Positions 15,362 through 23,257 of a DNA stretch of 28,711 nucleotides are shown here, piece by piece. How positions within the stretch are numbered: the stretch's first letter is position 1; each line of letters opens with the position of its first letter. This stretch comes from a virus (lineage: Duplodnaviria > Caudoviricetes): positions 1-28,711 of the IMG/VR virus record IMGVR_UViG_3300020043_005973, one strand, 5' to 3'. The translations under genes were made by a program, and so were the position numbers. The notes below the pieces were generated by a model. The model worked only from the letters and a program-made list of their open reading frames with translations, was not told the DNA's origin and made no database searches.

Positions 15362-16589
15362 TTATGACAATCCGTTTGTAACAAAGAATTGTGGGAATGC
15401 GATTGCAGTTCCTAATTTCCAATTCACAGCCATTCTTACCTCTTGGACAGAGTTTTTGTTTTTAACTACTGAGGTTGTTTACCCTCAATTTCACCACTTT
15501 CCTTTTTAACTTATATGTGGTGTTCAGACTATATCATCACCTTGCGGTGTCGGATGCTCGTGTCGGTTTCATTGGTGTTCTACCTGTGTACCGTTAGTCG
15601 TTGAACCTTCCTGATGTCCCCATCAGGCTCGGCTGCTGATTGTCTTGTTAAAGAGTTTCCAGCAATTCTTCCGATTTTACAAGACCTCCAAGTTGTAATT
15701 TCTTGATTGTTAAGTCTTGTGACCACCACATTCTGTAAGAATCTTCGTCAGACATTAAGTCTGTTCCTACTAAGAAATATTGTTGTGCTGATCCTGCGAT
15801 TAAGTTTGATCCGTTAAGACCAGGAACACCAACAACTTTGATGTTTGTTTGTGGATGGAATACTTCATAAACTTGACCTAATGTTGGTTCACTGAAATGG
15901 AAGTTGTTCACATTTCTGATTGCAACTAAATAACATTTGAATTGAGCCTGACTCATAAAGATTACAAGATCTTCTCTACCATAAATGTTTCTGTCGAAAG
16001 CATTGATGATGTTGTCAACTTGTGCAAGAACATTGTATGCTTGTTGAACTGTTGAAGAACCTGTTACAGAACATAATGCTGTTTGACCAGTTAATTTAAC
16101 AACACCTGATGTGTTTGCAAGTAATTCTTTGAAACCAGAGAATGATGAAGTTGCACTTGATGCACCCCATAACAAATCTTCGTTATAACGCTTGATTTGT
16201 TTTGTTTGTAAGTCAACAATCGCTTGTTCGAAAGGAACATTCTCATTGTATGAACCAGCATTTAAATACTGACCAAGCCACAGCGAGTTGAGTTCTTGCA
16301 GACATAATGATTGGTTTACTTTTAACGCTTGAACTGTTAATGGAGCAACTGTAAATGTTACATCACCAGCGTCTGACCATCCACAAGTTGTACCTGTTTG
16401 AACAGAAAGAGTTTCAGAAAGTAAATTCACATTCATTGTCCCCTTAATTCCCGGAACAACATTACAATACTTCATTGTTTGTGGAGTAAGAACTGCTTCT
16501 GAAATGATGTCAGAATTCAATTGATCCACATAAGCACTCAACCCACCTAAATCGTAGTTGAAAGCCATTTTTGAAAGATTTTTTTTCAT
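15362..16589 (-). CDS. Major capsid protein, split by an intron: join(16589..15713, 15447..15362), 320 aa
   Basis: Follows protease and scaffold, with HK97-like size. Splicing gives ...RMWWSQD-F-QEVRMAVNWKLGTAIAFPQFFVTNGLS*, a plausible capsid C-terminus in place of the intron-derived LTIKKLQ...ETL. Confidence 0.9.
15448..15712 (-). ncRNA. Group I self-splicing intron, 265 nt, subgroup IA-like, no homing endonuclease ORF
   Basis: P motif AAUUGCUGGAAA, Q AAUCAGCAG, R GUUCAACGACUA, S GAUGAUAUAGUCU. P1 ACAAGACU/GGUCUUGU has U-G at the 5' splice site; P10 CUUGGA/UCCAAG; terminal G at 15448. Confidence 0.95.
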
Positions 16590-16612
16590 CTTATTTTTAT
16601 TTTTTTTTAGTT

Positions 16613-17623
16613 TTATTTTTGAGACATAGCCTCTCTTAATCTTCTGAATTGATCTAAACGATCCACATCAGAAAAATTTTGTGTTATGGTTTTTTGGTTA
16701 TAAACCTTTTCACCTGCTGGTTCCTTTGAGAATTTCTTAAATGATCCATCAAGTTCAGTTTGTTTTTGTGCGATTGCATCGATTTTGTTTTCAAGTTTCT
16801 TTAATGCTTGAGAAAAGATTTCAGCGATTTCAACAGCGGTCATCATCTCTTCTTCATCTTCTGTTTCTTCAACATTAGATCTTTCAGTGATTTTGCCATC
16901 TTTGACAATTACTCTAATCTTAACTTCATTACCTTCTGAATCTTTTAACTCAATTTGGTGCTCTCCGTCTGGTGCTGGTGTCTTCTCTCCGTCTTTAACA
17001 ACATCGATTGTTTCACCCACATCAAAAGTTGGGGATTCCAAAATTGCTCCATCGTATGATTTCGCTTCAACGAATTTTCCTGCTGCTTTGTCCGCATCTG
17101 ATTTTGATTGAACACCCATAATTTCTCCACCTACAATAGAAATAACTTTTCCATTTTCAGTTTCGTAACTACCATCAGCAAGTGCTGAAAGGGTTCCGTC
17201 ATAACCGACTTCCTTAGCCATCGTTCCCACTGCTGGTTCTTCTGTGCTAATTCTAATCATCTTGCCGTCTTTCAATTTAACATCAGCGAATTTTTCAGAC
17301 ATTGTTTCGTCTTTGATGTCCGCTTCCTTCTTTTTGTCTTCGATTTTTTCGTCTTCGGTTTTTTCCATCTCCATGTCGCCCATTTTGATTTTTGCAACCT
17401 TGCCGTCTTCATCAACTTCAATTTCAGAACCGTCATCGAGTTTGTGTGTTCCCTGCGGTGCAGGAATCATACCTTCCTCCGTAGACACATAAATTGGTGC
17501 TCCGACTTCCAAATCACCATCAATTTTTACAGGGATCCCTTGTTCAGTTTTCGCCTCATAAAATGATTGTGGAGTAAGACCCAACACTTTCATTATTTTG
17601 CCTATTGCTTGTTTACTATTCAT
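16613..17623 (-). CDS. Capsid scaffolding protein
   Basis: Between protease and capsid genes; acidic; three internal repeats (VG..I.V...G..PAP.G.H.L.DG..I.V..G.I); C-terminal coiled coil. Confidence 0.75.
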   Translation of the reverse strand: MNSKQAIGKIMKVLGLTPQSFYEAKTEQGIPVKIDGDLEVGAPIYVSTEEGMIPAPQGTHKLDDGSEIEVDEDGKVAKIKMGDMEMEKTEDEKIEDKKKEADIKDETMSEKFADVKLKDGKMIRISTEEPAVGTMAKEVGYDGTLSALADGSYETENGKVISIVGGEIMGVQSKSDADKAAGKFVEAKSYDGAILESPTFDVGETIDVVKDGEKTPAPDGEHQIELKDSEGNEVKIRVIVKDGKITERSNVEETEDEEEMMTAVEIAEIFSQALKKLENKIDAIAQKQTELDGSFKKFSKEPAGEKVYNQKTITQNFSDVDRLDQFRRLREAMSQK

Positions 17624-19235
17624 CTGTGATTGATTTTAGTATATTTTTTATTTTGTTTATGGTTTTGTCTTCCTTTGAGAAAACAGATTTCTCTGCGAAT
17701 AACCCTTCAACTGAATAACCAGTTAAGTTATTTTCTTTGATTGATTTCCAAACCTTTGGATCTTCAACCTTCATCTGAACAAACCATGTACCTGCTGGTA
17801 ATTCAAAACCATATAGGTTTGATTTGTCTTTGATTGGATCTTCTGAAATCCAAGATTCAGTTATGTATACTTTGTCAGAACCTAATTTAATTCCATCATG
17901 TTCAATGTTGGTTTCATCAGTTCTTTTTTGTCTTAAAAATTTGTCAGCAAGTTTTCTAATTGATTGCTTTGAGAAAAATACATAATATAAATTTCCCAAT
18001 TCATCATAACGACTAATCATTTTGTTTGGAACCATTGCAGCACCCACAACAATTCTTTTGTCTTCATTAGCCACAGCGAATGTCATCTTCTCTCTTTCAA
18101 GTTGTTTCAACTTTCTCTCTGCCCATGCGAGACCGGCTTCACCTCCCCATGAATCATACATTAACTTTCCACAACCATCTTCATAACTCTTTGAAGAAGT
18201 TAAATCAGATTTGTGTCTGCTTAAATATGAATACATGCGTTTTAATGTGTCAACAGAAATATTCTCACCCTTTGCGAGTTGAGATGCTCTTGTTTTCCCT
18301 ACTTGTGTGCCACAAGATCCCCAACCATTCTTTTCAGCGTAATCAACAGCCTTCTTGGCTGCGTTCTTAACACCTTCGGGGTAATCAGAAATAACATCTG
18401 CGAAATCATCTTCTGTCATTTTGATTGGAACACAATTTGGAACTTCTCTACCATCAAGTATTTTTGTTCCGATCGGCTCATAACCTTCCCAACATGCATC
18501 TTCCAATGAACCTTCCGCAAATAAATTCGGTCCTGTTCTTGGCATTCCTGGCTTCCATTGTTTTGATGGATTAGGTGAATTGATTGTTGTGTCAGTTCTT
18601 GTGTCAGGTTGTAATGATGATGGTTGTGATTCAGGACCTCTTTCAACCCCTTTGGTTGATGATCCTGAATTTCTGATCTTACCTGTTGGAGCGTACCATA
18701 ACTTAACCCATGTGTGTCGGCAGTTAAATGATCCTCTCCATAAAAATATATTGTAAAAACCGAATTGTTCGTTTGCAACAGAGTCAGTTAAGTTGTCGAT
18801 GTCCTCTTGTCTGTATACTCTATTCTTGGAAAGCATGTCAGCACAGAACTGTCTGTTCTTGTCATCTCTCGGTCCAACATACTTGAATCTGATTCTATAT
18901 TGATCGTTGTCCAAAAATGATGGTGCATTAGGATCGGAGAATCTCTCCATTGACATTTTCCTGACCATTGCAGGAGTTATTTTCTCAACCTTGAACACTT
19001 CCCACCCTTCGTTAATTAAGTCCGAATATGGTTCTCCTAATTCGTCTAATTTGGGGTTGTGATTACAGAAGTCATCTTCTTTATAAATGTATTCAGGTTC
19101 CAACTTTTCAGTTGAATCTTCTGCGTTAAATGCAATCCACGATTCTTCATGTGCGGGACGAGAAACAAGAGAGATGGCTTCAATACCACTCTCATCAAAT
19201 TCATCGTCAATGAAAAGTTCTACAATGCGAGTCAT
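17616..19235 (-). CDS. Prohead protease (XkdF/Peptidase_S78_2-like) with inserted MuF-like and other head domains
   Basis: N-terminal GIEAISLVSRPA; C-terminal KRIVVGAAMVPN, TNIEH, ESW, GTWF and LTGYSVEG; internal RQFC...RGSFNCRHTW. Confidence 0.85.
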   Translation of the reverse strand: MTRIVELFIDDEFDESGIEAISLVSRPAHEESWIAFNAEDSTEKLEPEYIYKEDDFCNHNPKLDELGEPYSDLINEGWEVFKVEKITPAMVRKMSMERFSDPNAPSFLDNDQYRIRFKYVGPRDDKNRQFCADMLSKNRVYRQEDIDNLTDSVANEQFGFYNIFLWRGSFNCRHTWVKLWYAPTGKIRNSGSSTKGVERGPESQPSSLQPDTRTDTTINSPNPSKQWKPGMPRTGPNLFAEGSLEDACWEGYEPIGTKILDGREVPNCVPIKMTEDDFADVISDYPEGVKNAAKKAVDYAEKNGWGSCGTQVGKTRASQLAKGENISVDTLKRMYSYLSRHKSDLTSSKSYEDGCGKLMYDSWGGEAGLAWAERKLKQLEREKMTFAVANEDKRIVVGAAMVPNKMISRYDELGNLYYVFFSKQSIRKLADKFLRQKRTDETNIEHDGIKLGSDKVYITESWISEDPIKDKSNLYGFELPAGTWFVQMKVEDPKVWKSIKENNLTGYSVEGLFAEKSVFSKEDKTINKIKNILKSITDE

Positions 19236-19272
19236 TATTGTTAAATATTAATAAGTTATTGTTTTACCACTT

Positions 19273-21564
19273 TTAGATCAGAGAACGAGATTTGATTACT
19301 CTGTCAAATTGTTGTTGATTGGAAATGTCTGCTGCGGTTACATAAGTTCTGATCGGTTGTGATGCGAATGCACTTTCAACTGCTTCAGCAATTCTTTCTG
19401 TATTGTCAGGTTCTTTTCTCATCTTTCCATTAACTAATCCACCCACTGCGAATTGTGGCATCCCCGCAGTTGCATTGATGGCTGAAAGTAATGGTCTAAA
19501 TATTTGTGTTGATCTTGCATTAACAACAAACTCACCATCACTTAATAATGCTGGTATTGAATCTGATGTTGATGTTCCTGGTCCTCTAACCAATCCACCC
19601 GCTGCTTTTCTTTGTGGTGTTGCATTTACTGCAATTGGAGATGGGGGAACCGTTGTATTACCTGGTGTTGTTGGAACAGATCCACTCGCACCACCTGGTC
19701 CGCCAGGGACCTGAACCGCAACAATTTTCTTCACTGTCGCAATACCTGTGGCAACTGCGGCTGCCGCTGCAATCGCTCCTAATGCAGGACCAATAACAGG
19801 AATTCCTGAAAGAGATTTATAAGCAGCCACGGCTGATTGGTATGTGTCGATCGTTGCCTTGGCGATTGCGAATGCTTTACCTGCAACAGTGTCTTTACCA
19901 ACAATACTTGACAAGTTTCCTAATGCATCACCAATGAGAGCAGTTTTTTCTTGTGAAGATCTTACTTCTAATCTGTCAAGTTCTCTTTTTGCTTTGGAGT
20001 TTGCTGCGGATCTCTTGTTAAACTCATCCTCACTGATTGCACCACTTTGTCTTAATTGTTTTAGTTTGTCTAACTGACTTGTTAATGCGGTTCTTTGTTC
20101 TTCATAATACGCATTGTCAAATCTTGCGAAGTCCCCATATTTCTCTTCAATCAAACCAGTCTCTGCTGTAAATTGATTGTCGATTATTGAAATGATCTGA
20201 TCAGAATAAGTCTTTCTTAATTGAACTCTTTCTTGTTCTGAAAGATCGGTACTACTTGTAAGTTCTGTCTGTAATGCTTGGTACGCTGCAAGGGTCTTGT
20301 CATAATCACCTTTTGCATCATCAAGATCTTTTTGTAATCTGTCTTGTTTTTCTTTCTTTCTTTTCTCATCATCCGCTTTAATTGCGTCGTCAAGTTGTTT
20401 CGCATACTTGGCTCTGATGACTTCTTTCTGTGCTTCACTCAATTCAACATTGGCAAGTTCTTCTGCCATACGAGAATCCAATAGAGCCTTTAATTCAGTT
20501 CTTCTTGTATTCTCTTTGTCTATTTCGAGTTGAATCTGTGCATCAAGATCTGCCTCTCTCTTCTTCTTTTGTTTTTCTGAATCAGCAGTTAAGGCTTCCT
20601 CCAATTTCTTTGCATACTCTTGTCTGATGACTTCTTTCTGTGCTTCGGTAAGTTCTGCATTACTTAATTCAGCATTCATTCTCTGATCTAAAAGTTTCTT
20701 CAATGTTTCCCTTGAAGTGTTCTCTTTGTCAGTTTCTAATTTGATCTTTGCATCAAGATCGGCTTTTAATTTCTCTAATTGTTTTTGTCTTAACTCCTCT
20801 GCTTTCTTGGCAGCATCTTCGTTGTTCTTTTGTCTTGTTGCCTGATTGTCTTTCTCAATCTTTGTTTGTTCTTTCGTACCAGCAGCAAATCTTGCGTATG
20901 CCTGATCACCGGCTTTTACTGCATTACCAATTGAACCAGCAACTTGTGAGACACCTTCTGTTATTGAATCCCAATCAAATGTAAAAATACCTTTAAGAGT
21001 TTTTCCGACTCCCACCCCCACATCTTTGATGAGAGTAAACAAACCAAATAAAACAGAATAGAATATTCCAATACCTTTTGTAAGTGGAGGCAATACAGCC
21101 ATAACCATCTCGATGAAGATGTCCAATAATGGCTCCATCGCTCTGAATATTCCACCCAATATTTTTTGTAGACCAATGAATAACGGTTCAAGTTTTTTCA
21201 TTGCCGTTTCATTCTGACTGAATGCAGCGACAAGTCCACCAAGAGCAGCAACGATCAATCCAATACCTGTTGCCTTTAATGCAGTTCCAAATGATTTGGT
21301 TGCAACTTCAATAGAACGAAGTCCTTTGAATACAGCACCCAATGGACCTGGTGCCTCTTCCAAAGAATCAATTAGTCCCTTCGAACCAAATTTTGCTTCC
21401 TCCAAAGAATCTTCAACATCCTTGATTTGTTTAGAAATGTTTTTGAACTCTTCTGATCCCGCAGCAGTTTCTCTTAATTGTTTTTTTAGTTCTCTTAATG
21501 CTTGTAAACTCGGTTCGAGTTCCAAATTAATGTCAACATCAACTTCTACTTTCTTCTTTGCCAT
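19273..21564 (-). CDS. Tape measure protein
   Basis: ALKATGIGLIVAALGGLVAAF; long charged coiled coil; Ala-rich segment; C-terminal AGGLVRGPGTSTSDSIPALLSDGEFVVNA. Confidence 0.9.
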   Translation of the reverse strand: MAKKKVEVDVDINLELEPSLQALRELKKQLRETAAGSEEFKNISKQIKDVEDSLEEAKFGSKGLIDSLEEAPGPLGAVFKGLRSIEVATKSFGTALKATGIGLIVAALGGLVAAFSQNETAMKKLEPLFIGLQKILGGIFRAMEPLLDIFIEMVMAVLPPLTKGIGIFYSVLFGLFTLIKDVGVGVGKTLKGIFTFDWDSITEGVSQVAGSIGNAVKAGDQAYARFAAGTKEQTKIEKDNQATRQKNNEDAAKKAEELRQKQLEKLKADLDAKIKLETDKENTSRETLKKLLDQRMNAELSNAELTEAQKEVIRQEYAKKLEEALTADSEKQKKKREADLDAQIQLEIDKENTRRTELKALLDSRMAEELANVELSEAQKEVIRAKYAKQLDDAIKADDEKRKKEKQDRLQKDLDDAKGDYDKTLAAYQALQTELTSSTDLSEQERVQLRKTYSDQIISIIDNQFTAETGLIEEKYGDFARFDNAYYEEQRTALTSQLDKLKQLRQSGAISEDEFNKRSAANSKAKRELDRLEVRSSQEKTALIGDALGNLSSIVGKDTVAGKAFAIAKATIDTYQSAVAAYKSLSGIPVIGPALGAIAAAAAVATGIATVKKIVAVQVPGGPGGASGSVPTTPGNTTVPPSPIAVNATPQRKAAGGLVRGPGTSTSDSIPALLSDGEFVVNARSTQIFRPLLSAINATAGMPQFAVGGLVNGKMRKEPDNTERIAEAVESAFASQPIRTYVTAADISNQQQFDRVIKSRSLI
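20351..20770 (-). repeat. Tandem 70-aa (210-nt) duplication within the tape measure protein
   Basis: ADLDA.I.LE.DKENT...L..AEL.EAQKEVIR..YAK.L occurs twice; GATGACTTCTTTCTGTGCTTC at ~20416 and ~20626. Confidence 0.85.
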
Positions 21565-21712
21565 TTTGGTCTATTAGGTCAAGAAACTCAAACAAATGTT
21601 GATTGTCCACAATGAGTGGGAAATACATTTTGAGTTCTTCAATATTTAGGTTTAGTGTTTTTGGCTCGGATGGTGTTATTACATCATCCCCATTTTCAAA
21701 TATAAATTTCAT
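21539..21712 (-). CDS. Small hypothetical protein, 57 aa (MKFIFENGDDVITPSEPKTLNLNIEELKMYFPLIVDNQHLFEFLDLIDQNGKEESRS)
   Basis: Translated by hand; fills the 21564..21727 gap, has an AACT-ATG leader and overlaps the tape measure start. Confidence 0.6.
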   Translation of the reverse strand: MKFIFENGDDVITPSEPKTLNLNIEELKMYFPLIVDNQHLFEFLDLIDQNGKEESRS

Positions 21713-21726
21713 AGTTCGTCATTTTT

Positions 21727-23244
21727 TTACCCTAAAAAACATGTTGAATATGTGGTACAAGAACTTCCTTGAATCCAAGTATAAGGATCACAAGTAACTT
21801 CTAATCCACCCTGAACACAAATAGGTGTTTGGTATGCTCCACCTTGTTTTACACAAATACATGCGGTATAAGTTCCATCACCATTGTCTAAAACAGGTAG
21901 AGATTGAATTAATTCTGTTTCAACACTTGCAGTTCCACATAATGCATACCTAACATATAAATCATTTGGAACTGTTGTATATGTTAAACAATAACATAAA
22001 CAATTTGCTTCACCTGATGGACTCGGAGTTTGTGTTTGCGTTGGTGTTACATTAAGTGTTGCGCTTGGACTCGGAGTTTGCGTTGGTGTTGAACCGATCG
22101 TCGCACTCGGCGTTGCTGTTTGTGTCATAGTTGGAGTGGGGCTCGGAGTCAATGGAATAACACCAGTAGGACATTCAAAAGTATTACAATTTCCACCGTA
22201 TATTGTTGGTTCCGGCATTCCTGTATAATTGAATATTTGAGCAACACCCATAGTATATTGAATACATCTATACCTTGTTCCATTTGTAGTGAATACCTCA
22301 TTAATCAAAGTTCCGAAACAGTTGTTATATTCTATTGAAGCAAATGATTCTTCACTGCTTCCTGTAACAGTAATCTCCATACAAACATTACTATTAGTAC
22401 AAGCGGTAGGGGTGGGAGTCATCGTTGGAGTTCTTGTCATCGTTTGAGATGGAGTTTGCGTTGGTGTTGAACCAATGGTCGAACTCGGAGTTTGTGTTTG
22501 AGTTGAAGTTGGGGTGGCAGTTTGTGTTCGAGTTAAAGTTGGGGTGGCACTTGGAGTAATTATTGGTGGACAATTAACATAAGTTAATGTTGCTAAACCT
22601 GAATTTCTCGATGGACCTTCTGCTGGGTATACAAATCCATTATAAGTAAATCCTGTATTGAATACGGCATCAATACCCAAAGAACCTGATCCTTCTCCAC
22701 AATCATTTCTTGCACCAGCCGTTAAACTATATGTAACATATGCCCCACCACCTGCGTTATTAGGGTAATAAATAACAGAGTGTCCCGTTGTTTCACCTGT
22801 GAAAAATGCGTATGAATTACCACTGAACGGTGAACATTCAATATAGAAGAATTCAGGTGTCCCTCCCGTTGCAATATATGCTGGTGATTGAGGAGAATAT
22901 TTATAATATTGTGTAAGACCTGATGATGCTCCTGTAAATTGAATATAAATCCTTTGACATACTGGCGGAGTTGGGCTCGGAGTCATAGTTTGCGTCGGAG
23001 TTCTCGTGGTAGTAACTGATGGAGTTAAACTTATGGTTGGAGTATTCGATGGAGTGACACTTGGTGTTGGACACATTCCTCCAATACTAAAATAATCACA
23101 TAGAATTATTGGTCGATCTATGTCCATACAAATTGAATCACCATAGTTTAAATAAAAGAAACCTGAAACCCCTTGGCATGTTGTTCCTGAAAGTTCTTTT
23201 GAACCTGAAAATTCATCATTATTTGTGTAGACAATACAATTCAT
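21727..23244 (-). CDS. Putative virion appendage protein: four Cys-rich modules joined by three Thr/Pro stalks
   Basis: GTTCQG, YNNCFG and YALCG modules separated by TPTQT repeats; lies in the tail operon. Confidence 0.7.
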   Translation of the reverse strand: MNCIVYTNNDEFSGSKELSGTTCQGVSGFFYLNYGDSICMDIDRPIILCDYFSIGGMCPTPSVTPSNTPTISLTPSVTTTRTPTQTMTPSPTPPVCQRIYIQFTGASSGLTQYYKYSPQSPAYIATGGTPEFFYIECSPFSGNSYAFFTGETTGHSVIYYPNNAGGGAYVTYSLTAGARNDCGEGSGSLGIDAVFNTGFTYNGFVYPAEGPSRNSGLATLTYVNCPPIITPSATPTLTRTQTATPTSTQTQTPSSTIGSTPTQTPSQTMTRTPTMTPTPTACTNSNVCMEITVTGSSEESFASIEYNNCFGTLINEVFTTNGTRYRCIQYTMGVAQIFNYTGMPEPTIYGGNCNTFECPTGVIPLTPSPTPTMTQTATPSATIGSTPTQTPSPSATLNVTPTQTQTPSPSGEANCLCYCLTYTTVPNDLYVRYALCGTASVETELIQSLPVLDNGDGTYTACICVKQGGAYQTPICVQGGLEVTCDPYTWIQGSSCTTYSTCFLG

Positions 23245-23257
23245 AATCTAAATAATT

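Noticed and set aside
15648-16589. The 313-aa ORF as the complete major capsid protein
   Set aside because: Its last 21 residues are intron sequence; the true C-terminus is in exon 15447..15362.
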